DNA of 64,000 bases from Phoronis australis (lineage: Eukaryota > Animalia > Phoronida): NCBI GenBank assembly GCA_002633005.1, contig NMRA01000257.1, positions 469,296 to 533,295 of the forward strand, read 5' to 3'. Of the stretch, positions 53,719 to 64,000 are shown piece after piece (positions within the stretch are counted from its first letter, which is position 1; every line of letters begins with the position of its first letter). Under the pieces are notes generated by a model, which saw nothing but the letters and a program-made list of their open reading frames with translations, searched no databases and was not told the DNA's origin. A program made the translations under genes and the position numbers.

Positions 53719-55972
53719 CTGGACAACTCTCTTCCTCTTGTGGTGCTCCTAGACAAAATCTGCCTGGCTGCGGCTCTGGGTTGTTACAAGAGCGTTCTCT
53801 AACTATACTCTGCTGACCCGGCGACGTGCAATTTCCCCAAGGTCCCCATTGGCTATACCCTCCATACAAAGCTTTTTTACGAAGATTTATTACTCCAATC
53901 CATGGTTCTGAAATGGAAACTTGTGCACATTCCCTTTCATCAAACTGTGACCTCGGGATAGTGAAAGCTTACAGTACGTGTTACTGTTAGCGGTCATCAG
54001 CTATCAGCTGTATCCAAGGGGCCTCATCTCATTCATCACCCAAAACTGAATTTTCACCTGTTGTTACACTGTAACTACCCTCATTAGATATAAAGGCAAC
54101 ACTTGACGTTAAAAACGTCCCACTCCGAAGACTCATCCTGTGGCAAGCAGCGGTTCTTTTATTAAAAGCGTTAGTAACGCACGTTACCATTTAAAACAAA
54201 TTTTGTAAGTTTTTAGATTCGTTTTCCGTTTAAAAGCCCTAAAGTAATCTTGTAGCAGTTACTATTTGGCAACAGGCTAAAGCTGCCTGTAAGCACTATA
54301 GCACGACTCCTTTCGGCAACGTGGTACTTCCACGCTGATTGACTGGATGAACACTCCATCTGTTCAAAATTGTTTGTCGCGTTCAATTTGTAGATAAAAA
54401 CGATATGTACATGTAGTTGTTCGTAGCTTGTGTGACATCACGTAAAGAACACATTCCTGCAGAAGTGGAAGAAAGCCAAAATTTTTTAGCTACCTCACAT
54501 GTGCACGGATGATCAAAAGAGTAAAATCTGGGGATGAACTTGGGCCTCACATGGCTCAGATTAACCACCCATGCATTCATTGCGTCATCAACAGAATAGT
54601 ACTTTTGTTGAAATCGCGTACTATAGCAATTCGAAAGGTTTTAACATGAATGGTATTAGGTTAATTCATCATTGCTTTACCTTTGTTTTGGGTTCGATAA
54701 ACAACAAAAACCATGTCACCCGGCATCTTCAGAAGAATTTTAGTTGGTGCGCTTCTATCATGAGTGAGCCACAGAACACGAATTTATGTGGGAAATTAAT
54801 TACACGAGTTGATCTGCTGCTGCAGTAAACTGCGGCCTTTTCTCGGCGGCCAACTAATTGTTGATTATCTTTCGGCCACATGGAAAACAGAGGGAAGTAT
54901 GTGCAAAAGTGCTCCACACTAAAATGTCTTACTGTACAAGTATCCATAAACCTCCATTCTCAGAGACTTCCAGTCTTTGTACTTGACTGGTACCACTCTC
55001 ACATGTTTAGCTCTCACCGGTATTGTCAGCTCTTGGTAAACACTTGTGTCCGTGTCTGAATTGCCTGCAAACTGGTACATACACTCAAGTCATTTTCACG
55101 TTGCTCAATGGTGTTGCAAAAAATTGGAAATTAGAGAATTACACTTTAGTCAAAGTAAATAATGGCAATGCTAGAATCAATTGTTTTAATTTATGACCTC
55201 AACAGAGAGAAGTGTGTGGACAAGTACTCCAAACTAAAATGTCTTACTGTACAAGTATCCATAAACCTCCATTCTCAGAGACTTCCAGTCTTTGTACTTG
55301 ACTGGTACCATACAATGCTGCGTTTTTACGCTGCCGCCCGAAATGACTTATCTCTCCCGCCTTTGCCCATGATTTACTCGACTGGTTCTACATGTACATC
55401 ACTGGACGACATGTATGACGAATCACAAGAGTTTGTCTTGAACGCATTTCGGATGAACATGCGCGGCAATTTACTGAAACCATTTTGTTCTAAATACTCC
55501 AGCAACCGAGCGAGGATAAAAACGAAAGACAGGCGCGATCGGCGGCGTACAAATATATTTCGACTAATCCCAGAGACCGTCGTTGCTAATTCGCTATAGA
55601 GTCCTACAATCAATCAATGCAACCCGGCAAATGGTGACGTAGTCAGAAAACACGTGGCAAGTTCCGCCCCTTTGAAAATTTGATAATTGCACTACAATCA
55701 GAGTAAACAATGAATACTAGAATGAGAAATTTATCGAATAATACGTCTCAATGTTTGATATCACAATGACAGCGATGACTTTCGAATTACTAGTTCAAAA
55801 ATGAATAATTTTCTTTTAACGTAAGAAAGTTAATTTTGCCTTATTTGTATGAAGTAAAGTATACCTGTACGCATGATTCGGCTTCTCGTCTGGTAACACA
55901 TTTGAAATTTAAGGCGTCCAGTGAGAAATGTATTTCCATGGAGATTACCCATTCTTTATACTTTACGTAGCC
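53719..55972 (-). pseudogene. Partial paralog of the mosaic lectin gene: FA58C middle and C-terminal exons plus TSP1 exon
   Basis: Exons 55972-55865, 55071-54933 and 53907-53719 are open, keep their splice sites, and match 28720-28613, 28376-28238 and 27747-27559. No upstream exons were found in the window; there is an N gap at 56483. Functional status unknown. Confidence 0.75.
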
Positions 55973-57019
55973 CTTCAAAACACAAATAAATATAATTATT
56001 ACTTACATATAAGAAACACTTAAAGCAGCTCTAAAGCGAAGTACCCGCGTTCCTTTACAAAAACAGCTTTTGATATTGCCCACATACCGTTATGCAATTG
56101 GTATCAAATTGTTCCTTAGTCGAACTAGATGCGCGTTCTGTGCTCTACAAGTTGACTTGTCACTGACGATGTTCCGTTTTATTCGGGGATGACCTGTCCT
56201 CCCTTTGCAGGACCAAAATCACATCTCATCCGAACCAGGAACAATTTGATAACGGTAAGTGCTCTAAATCAAAAGTTAGTTTCCTAAATATGCGCTGATT
56301 TTAAAGGAGCATGCCACCCAAAAAACAACCTAATTTGTTTCAATTTAGGTCGAGTAGTTCTACTCCATAACGACGCGTACGGTTGCGTTACCTGACACCT
56401 GACGGCAGCAAACACTAAATTAGCATGAGCTCACACGGCCTCGGTGTCCCGTCAACTAGTTTTGTTTCACCTAAAGCCGGTGNATTTGTTTCAATTTAGG
56501 TCGAGTAGTTCTACTCCATAACGACGCGTACGGTTGCGTTACCTGACACCTGACGGCAGACGGAGGTGTTGAAATTATCCAATGACGTCATCGGTTTCAC
56601 ACGAAGTCTGTTCAGCAGTTCACAACACGGGTTACTGGTGTCAGCTTATCGCTTCAAGTCATCTTTTAACACCAATAAATCATCAAAATTCGATGTAAAA
56701 CCCTTGAAAATACACCGAGTTCTTATAAAACTGTTGTTTTATTTCGCTCTTACGGATTTTTTGGTATTTGGAGACACCGTAGCCTACAAAGTTCGGCAGG
56801 CCAATAAGGTCCGTAGCAGGAGTTTGTGGTCTGTTCGGAGATAATTTCGAAGTATTTTCCGTGAGATACAGACAGGAGAACCTAGATCTGTGTTGATTAG
56901 ACTTGTGATTTTTTGAGATCTAAACACAAAACGCTTGTAATCCTGGCCAGTGGGTCGGAGCCCGATCAGGCCCGTCGCGGCCGGCCGGACGGTTGACTCC
57001 GCCGTCATCCCGGCCAGTG

Positions 57020-57635
57020 GCTCGGAAAGTCAACCAAACCGCTCAAAGGATGATTGTGAAAATTGGCATGTATATGCTTATTATGGAGAGGACGGTTGAC
57101 GATGATTTTCCTACGATTTCGATTACTGTGGCGCCTCCTAGTGGCATTTTTGTTTTTTTGCGCCTATGGCTGTATCTCCTAAACCGTTCGCAGGATCTTT
57201 ACAAATTGTGTAAGTATATTTATATGATAACAACGGAAGATGACGACTTTTGGTCGGATCCGACTACCGGTGTGCCCCCTAGTGGCAATTTTAGTTTTTT
57301 ATGCTTATCTTTGTATCTTCAAAAGTCCTGAACGGATTTTCATGAAATTTGGTATGTAGGCACCTATTAGTGAGATGACGCTATCCTCCTGTTTTCAGAT
57401 GGATGCGACGTAGTTTGCGCCACCTAGTGGCCATTTTTACTGTTTTCGAGTCTTTTTTTTGCGTCCACCCCTCTATCAACCAAACCGCTCAAAGGATGAT
57501 TGTGAAAATTGGCGTGTATGTGCTTACTATAAGGAAGACAGCTGACAATGATTTTCAGATGATTTGGATTACTGTGGCGCCTCCTAGTGGCAGTTTTGTT
57601 TTTTTTGCGCCCATGGCTGTATCTCCCAAACCGTT
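57020..57635 (+). repeat. Same ~145-bp subunit family
   Basis: Motifs at 57131, 57272, 57417, 57577; 57028-57190 is repeated at about 57475-57635. Confidence 0.7.
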
Positions 57636-58591
57636 TATTGATCCCAGACCGCCCCGAGATGCTCCAGCAGCCAACTCGGGGCGGTCTCTCACGAGGGTTT
57701 AGCGTTATGCAACGTCGCTGCACGGCAAACTTGTGAAGTTGCCACTTGAAACGCCATTTCACCTACTTTATGTATTATGGGACAAGTTTTGTTTCCAAGT
57801 ATTTAACCAGTTTAACCTCGGTATTGTCACTTGTGATTTAAAAATGGAAAATTGGTAAAATTGCTTGGGCTTGAACGCACGACCTCTTGGTCAGACCGCG
57901 CGTGATCTTCCAATGCGCAACTGTGCTTCGACCGGGAAGACATTACTTAGCCATAATTACCGTTACGTTTGCCCCAGTTGTCTAAATCGGACACTTAAAA
58001 TCGAGTCTGACTCCGACCCACACACATGCACGCACGCACTAAAACTCCACACGTGGTCAAAACTTGTTTCGGCTGTGTATTGTTAATTACCAGGGTTAAT
58101 TAATAAGCTCAATATTTCATCACGGTTTTGATGTTTCTTTTTTTTTTGATGCCGCCAAAAGGGTGGGCGTCCCCTCGCACTATAAGTCCGCCTATGTAGT
58201 GAGTGTGTCAACGCGTGTGTGCCCGGATGCATGACATTCCTATTAGGTAAACGTGTTACAGTCGTATTATTTTGATTTTGGATTTGTTGGTCACATAATA
58301 CACCTGTGGAGTAAGAAGAAGAAACTTACAGGTAAAAATAAATAAATGAATGATTTAAAACATGCTTTAGTTAAGATTTTTTTTCCTTTGCGGTCCTCAA
58401 AAAGAATACAAATAATTCATTATACAAAATGCAGGGAAATTGTTAATTTGTTACTTTTTCAAATCCCAGCCTACTACAGTCTTATGTCAGCACAGCTGGG
58501 GCCAAAATGTGACCATTTATTCAGAAATTCCGAGAACCACTCAACATTTCAAGTCTGCAGTAACAGCCATCTATTCCTTCTACTCTTTTAG

Positions 58592-61500
58592 AAATTGCCA
58601 GACTCAAAGATCCACCAACAGTCGTGTTACGAACAAGAACAACTTTATCCGCTCGTTGGACAGCGTGGCGGAGTGGAACAGATCATGGCGTGGGACCGGT
58701 TGAAAAATACGTTGTTGAGTATAGACAGAGTGCTGGTGGGCTTTGGACTTCCAAAGAAGTTAGTAACGTGGCCAATAAAGCTACGTTCATTTACAATATC
58801 TCAAGCACAGACGTGAGTCATGTGTACCTAGTGAGAATACGGATAAAGGTTGCAGGTGGTCTGCTTGGGAACTCCAGTCCGGAAGCGGAAGCGTGTGGAG
58901 GTACAGTAAGACCGGCTGTTTATATTAGCAGGGGGATTTTAATAACTTACATTATAACTAACGAAATAGTCTAAATAGAATTTTTCGAAAACAGGCATGT
59001 CAGTCCTCTCTGGCTATTTAGTAAACAGTTGTAATTGATTCAGAGTCTGCTTCCACATGCTGGGTACAGATACATACAGTGTACTCTATACATACCTACG
59101 TTACCATTAATATATTTTGAATTTCAGAGCCACCAGCACCCGAACCGAGTCTTTCAAACACAGAGGTGAACACACTCGGCATAAACTGGCCAGTAAGGTT
59201 TAATTGTTTCCAAATATTAAAAACAAGGTTAAGCATTGGGTTTGAAAAATGTGATTCCTGTTGCATTCCAGACATCGTAGTAGAAGTCTTTATTTGTTTG
59301 ATACTTCCTATTGTCTTTGGGTATATTCATATTTTGTTACGAACTGTCATTGGCTTTTGCCTCACGTGCTTATCCCTAATACCAAGTTATTCGGGCGTGT
59401 GTTCCGTAAAGACTACACAATACTTCGCGAGATATCCCAAGGTACGGTATTGCAAGAAAAGCACGTGTTCACGTGGGTTCACTTGGAGCCTTTGCCAGAG
59501 CCTTGCGTCTGGGGAACTCCACCTTTCATGAAATTGATTAATAATTGTGGATTCTAGAAATGGCATTTGTTTGGTCGGCGTTGAAATGGCGAACGCATAA
59601 CTCAGCTGCTACATGTAGCTACAGCAACCTACATGTACTGCATTGCGAGCAATGGTATTAAACTCACGATTAACACTGGTTGATTCAAGCTTATTCCTTT
59701 ATTATCAGATCACCTAAGTTCCGATGGTTTCATTCTAGATTGATGATCCCAAGTGTTCAATGATACTTTGTGTCTGCCTTTATTAATGTCAACAGAGTAT
59801 TTAAGGGTCATTGCTCAACAGCAACAGCCTGTATTGTCAGACCTAAACTCAGTACACGTATATGAAGACTCATTAATTGTCTCGTTGTTTTAGTGTTTAC
59901 AATAAGTGTACATGTATACTTTGTTGACTTGTCCCGCTGTACCCGCTCACTTGTGCAACATTCAGGAAACTGAGTGGAGGTGTGGTACACCGGGGTGGTA
60001 TGTAGTGGAGTATATCAACGGAACAGACACCACGTTGAGGAAAACCTCCAACATTACATCGAGGAGTACGTCTCTGTATACGGCATCCTGCACCACCTGG
60101 CGAGTAAGAGTCAGGACATTCAATAAGCACATGTTTAGCCTGTCCGGCGAAAAGAACATCACCAGCCAAAATAAAGGTACTTGTCTGACGTTAGTTACTT
60201 TCTCCTGCGCCATACACAGGGTTTTAGTGGTGCGAGAATGAAACTTATGCAGTTAGTGAGGACCTGTGTAGTACCAATAGCATTTTGTATTCGGGCACTT
60301 CTCTTTATTGGACGTGTGTTTCAATTGGGCCATAAAAGCTTCCTCTCGCCCACTTAAGCTGACTAAAAACGAAAATAGAACTGGGACCTTCATTCTCGTA
60401 AAACTGGTAAGAAAGTGTGACTTTCCGTTATAGGATTCTATTTCGGTATACAAAAGAGCGTTGAAACCATGACCGGATTCAGAGAAAAGATTCAGACTGT
60501 ATTGGAATTTTGCCACTCTTAAAAATTGCGAATTCCAAATGGCTCAAACAATTCATGATATATGGCTTGAGCTGGTAATGGAAAAACGATCCTGTGACAG
60601 CGAGAAGTGTTATGGGGTTGATTTTACGCTAGTAAAAAGCCATGTTAGACTGTCGCTTTTAATAAGAAAAACAGGGTGACTTGAAGCTTAACGGTTATGT
60701 AAACCCTAGAAAAGCTCCAAACGTAGGAACAGCATATCTCGGAAACGGCTGATTGGATTCTTATAAAGGTATATCTCTCAGACGTTACACGTGTGCTTTA
60801 AGCAGGAATCTCCGTGAATAGCATAATAGGAATTGTTTCTAAATTGTTACAATTTTCATGAGGGACAATAAAAATTGGGCTTTGCAAATATAAGCTGCAT
60901 GGAAATGATAATTATGAAAAATGTATCAACTTTTCTGACATGTTCACGTCACCTAATTAATGAAAAATTTGTTAAAATGTCAGAAAAATAAAATTCTTCT
61001 AGTTTTTCACTTAAAGAAATATACACTTCCATCAAGATAAAAGCTATAGTTTTGAAGATACTTTGATAAGGCTCCAAACGCTACCTTTATCAGTACTAGT
61101 TTCCCACGGGCAAAATAGTTCAGGGATAAGTAAGGATGGGTGGAAGTGCGTTATATAAGTCAGTAAGTTGATACTGCATACGTAATGTTTATCATTCTTC
61201 ATACAGTCAGGTGCTTGTGATATCAAATGACCTATTTTTAGATCCTTAAAAATAATCAGGACAGATATCTTTTCAGACTTACATGTGACCATTGGTCACG
61301 CGATGGGACAAACATACGGCGTGTGTATGGAAACTGATAATTTCCCAAATATTTTTTTACATTTGGTCAGTATGCTACCTGTGATGACATCACGTAATCT
61401 AATGGATATAAGTCTGGTGTTGATATGGTCTGCCTTATGTTTATTAAGTCACGTGATGCGTCACGGGAGATGTGTTGAGCAGATTTTAAAAAGTTTTTGA

Positions 61501-63654
61501 TATACATTTCCAAGCCGGTTTAAGAATAATATAGCTATAGAGACTAATAATCACAGTGCATTAATTAAACACAAGGGGATAATATAAGAAGTGGGTTGAA
61601 GTCAAGAGTCATCACGCCCAAGTTTTTGATATGAACATTAGGAAGTATAATCCTGTAGACCTGTGGAAGCCTATTTCTGTTGAGGAAATAAAATCAGGCG
61701 TAAACAATTACCTCAATTGTTTTACACCCACTGTTTTCAGTGAGAGAATCATGTGTGAATCTCGGTGCCATTCCTACTGCATAATAGTTCATGAGAAGGA
61801 TGTGCTCTTTTCTAGCGCCCTCTCATGTCAAGGATCTTGTTGTTGTGACTGAAAGCGTCACCAGCACTTCGCTAACGATTGCATGGAAGAAGCCCCAAAG
61901 TAATGGATGTCCTATTGAAGAATATCGACTCACTTACAGACTAGTCAAAGTGTTGCAATGCACAGTCGGGTACAGTGGTAATGAAGTCACGGAAATCCTT
62001 CGCACGACGAGAAAGGATATCACGGGTCTCAAACCAAACTCAAAATACGAATTAAAGGTTGCTGCTAAAACAAAATCCATGGGTGAAGAAAGGTTGATAA
62101 ACGGAAATACCCTAGAATACGGTTAGTGCTTCGAAAACGTAACAGAAAAGGATAGCTTGATCTCACAGTTATTATTTTTGCACATGTTGTGAGATCAATA
62201 ATTATTACTTATAAGCGAAGAATAGGTCATTCCAAGTGGGATGCACTTTAAATGGTCTGCCCACCATCAGTGCTGCATTTTGGACCTGTGTCCCGCAGTC
62301 TCGCCCCTTCTTGACTTTAAGCGAAATCGGGTCACCTTGATATACCGTTACGACGTCTTTGAGCGTTCGCTTTCACTGACTTTTTTATCGAATTATAACG
62401 GGCAAATTTAGAAAATTACGACGGTAGAAAAAGTTCTTGAATAACGGATGGACAATCCGCGCTATTCCCTCCTGTCCATTACAGGTGGGAATAGAAAGAA
62501 ACCAGCTGCAGCTTTGCCCCGGTCGAATTTTTAACCTTGCAATTGGTTTTGGCATGGTTTTTATCGAGATGTTGCCCTTTTTGCAACGGGTGTCCCATTA
62601 TTTGGTTATTGAATGTTGGTACCGCGGGACTTAGGTTTGATGAATGGTGATCTAGCGCTTGTGGACTTCATTTCAAAGTTGATAGAAACCTGGCGTTTTT
62701 GATTGTCTCACTTCACCTCTACTCATATGCAACGTTCATCACTCCATACTCGTCGTCAGAATGGTACATCGTGAAATTGCCTGAAATTCATGTTTCCTCG
62801 TCATATTAGATAATTGTAGACAGCGAGGTTTTCTTAGTGTTGATTTTCCAATCTTTAACATTTATTCCATGATACATGCATGTCTCTCAACATTTCCGTT
62901 GGTAAAGCGGGCGTTGACACCGCTTTGTGTGCACTGTAATAATCAAAGTCACAAAAGTCAAAAGTATTAATAAGATACTGTACAACGTTTTAGAGGTGCC
63001 ACGGATGATTGCAGAAAATAAAAATCATGAAGTTTTGACACAAAACGTAATCATTTGTGCAGCTTTAGTGCACATATGAAAGCACGTGCACTGTGTCTAT
63101 GCTTCTTGCAAAGGATTTTTTCGCTTATTTCAATAATGTTAATAACTTCTGCGACTTGTACGAGAAAGCTTGACATTAATGAAATAAAAAAACTTCTGTA
63201 CTTGCCATTAAAATCCTATTTGGATATCCATTTTTCAGATGAAACTAACTGCACGTTGGCGTCATCATGTATTCATAAAATTTGAAATCGATGTATACTT
63301 TGCCTGAGTGACTGACAATCATTAATGGAATCTTCATTTATTTGTTGTCTTTAGCGCCATCTGGCAAGGTTTCCGTAAATAGCGACACCGAGGGCACTCG
63401 ATCAGTGTCAATCACCGTCTCTGAGCTGAATTGTCAAGACAGAAATGGAGTTATATCTCTCTACGAATACATGATTACTAACGACAGAACCACGTGTTCA
63501 TCTGCTTCAATCAACAAGAGCGGAACGTTTACCGAACTTCAAACGGATGTAACTGGCCTGGTTCCCAGCAAATCATTCACTGTACGAGTTCGTGCTCATA
63601 CTGCCGCTGGTGCAGGACCCTGGAGTGATGTTAAATTTGCTACCAGAGAAGAGG
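58592..63654 (+). CDS. Fibronectin type III repeat protein, partial; probable receptor PTP or Tie-like ectodomain
   Basis: Exons 58592-58900, 59128-59192, 59966-60176, 61816-62121, 63355-63654 join in frame and encode four FN3 domains (W..D.GVGPVEKYVVEY..YLVRIRI; SLTIAWKKP..NGCPIEEYRLTY..GLKPNSKYELKVAA; CQDRNGVISLYEY..GLVPSKSFTVRVRAHTAAGAGPWS). No start or stop exon identified; the gene continues past the window. Family assignment is inference. Confidence 0.8.
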
Positions 63655-63660
63655 GTGAGT

Positions 63661-64000
63661 CATAGGCGGATTTAGGGGGGCCCAGCCCCCCCCCCCCCTT
63701 GGCTGCCGCAAGCAAAATGAAACAGCAACAGCGCAAAGCGTGAGATCTAACTAGGACCGGTAGTGGAGAAGAAAGTGGGTCTCAGACCTCAGATCGCAGC
63801 GGGATCGCGTTCCCGTGGAGAAGAAAGTGGGTCTCAGACCTCAGATCGCAGCGGGATCGCGTTCCCGTTTTTTTCTTTTTTAGTCGATAGATTTTCCGAA
63901 CGGAAGGTTCATACTCCCGGCCTCCGCTACTTTCGGACGCGGTACACATACCGACCGCGCTTCGCCCGGTTCCCCAAGGCAACATGATGCCCCCCCCCCC
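63661..64000 (+). mobile_element. Second copy of the CATAGGCGGATTTAGG element, running off the window
   Basis: First ~65 nt match 30644 onward; internal 53-bp tandem duplication at about 63763-63868. Confidence 0.65.

Larger units (their letters stand above)
51774..56280. repeat. Segmental duplication, copy 2 (direct orientation)
   Basis: Colinear with 24428-29020 but lacks the RTE LINE and the 80-bp array; ends just before a TTAA-AGG transposon-like end at about 56301. Confidence 0.9.

Noticed and set aside
51774-56280. Copy 2 as merely the other haplotype
   Set aside because: About 13% divergence in the FIGNL1 exon and differing insertions far exceed the differences in the N-flanked duplicates, and there is no N at its start.

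Overview
AT-rich, intron-containing animal genomic DNA, probably from a marine invertebrate bilaterian; the taxon cannot be named from sequence alone. Most ORFs in the supplied track are noise, so gene models were built by hand from GT-AG sites and intron phase. (1) A complete 14-coding-exon FIGNL1 (fidgetin-like 1 AAA+ ATPase, about 612 aa) on + at 9697-24845. (2) A convergent, apparently secreted mosaic protein on - (41395 down to about 25640, about 509 aa): signal peptide, TSP1-like, PAN/apple, C-type lectin, FA58C/discoidin, TSP1. (3) A roughly 4.5-kb paralogous block (24428-29020 vs 51774-56280) holding a second intact FIGNL1 last exon and the 3' exons of the mosaic gene, with very patchy divergence. 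(4) Five + strand exons encoding four FN3 domains of a probable RPTP/Tie-like receptor (58592-63654, incomplete). Mobile DNA: a decayed DIRS retroelement, a THAP/Kolobok-like fold-back element, a solo LTR with 5-bp TSD, an RTE LINE 3' end, Penelope-like remnants, MITEs, and a dispersed repeat built of ~145-bp subunits that each carry a CTCF-like motif. Three near-identical duplications flank single-N gaps and look like assembly artefacts.
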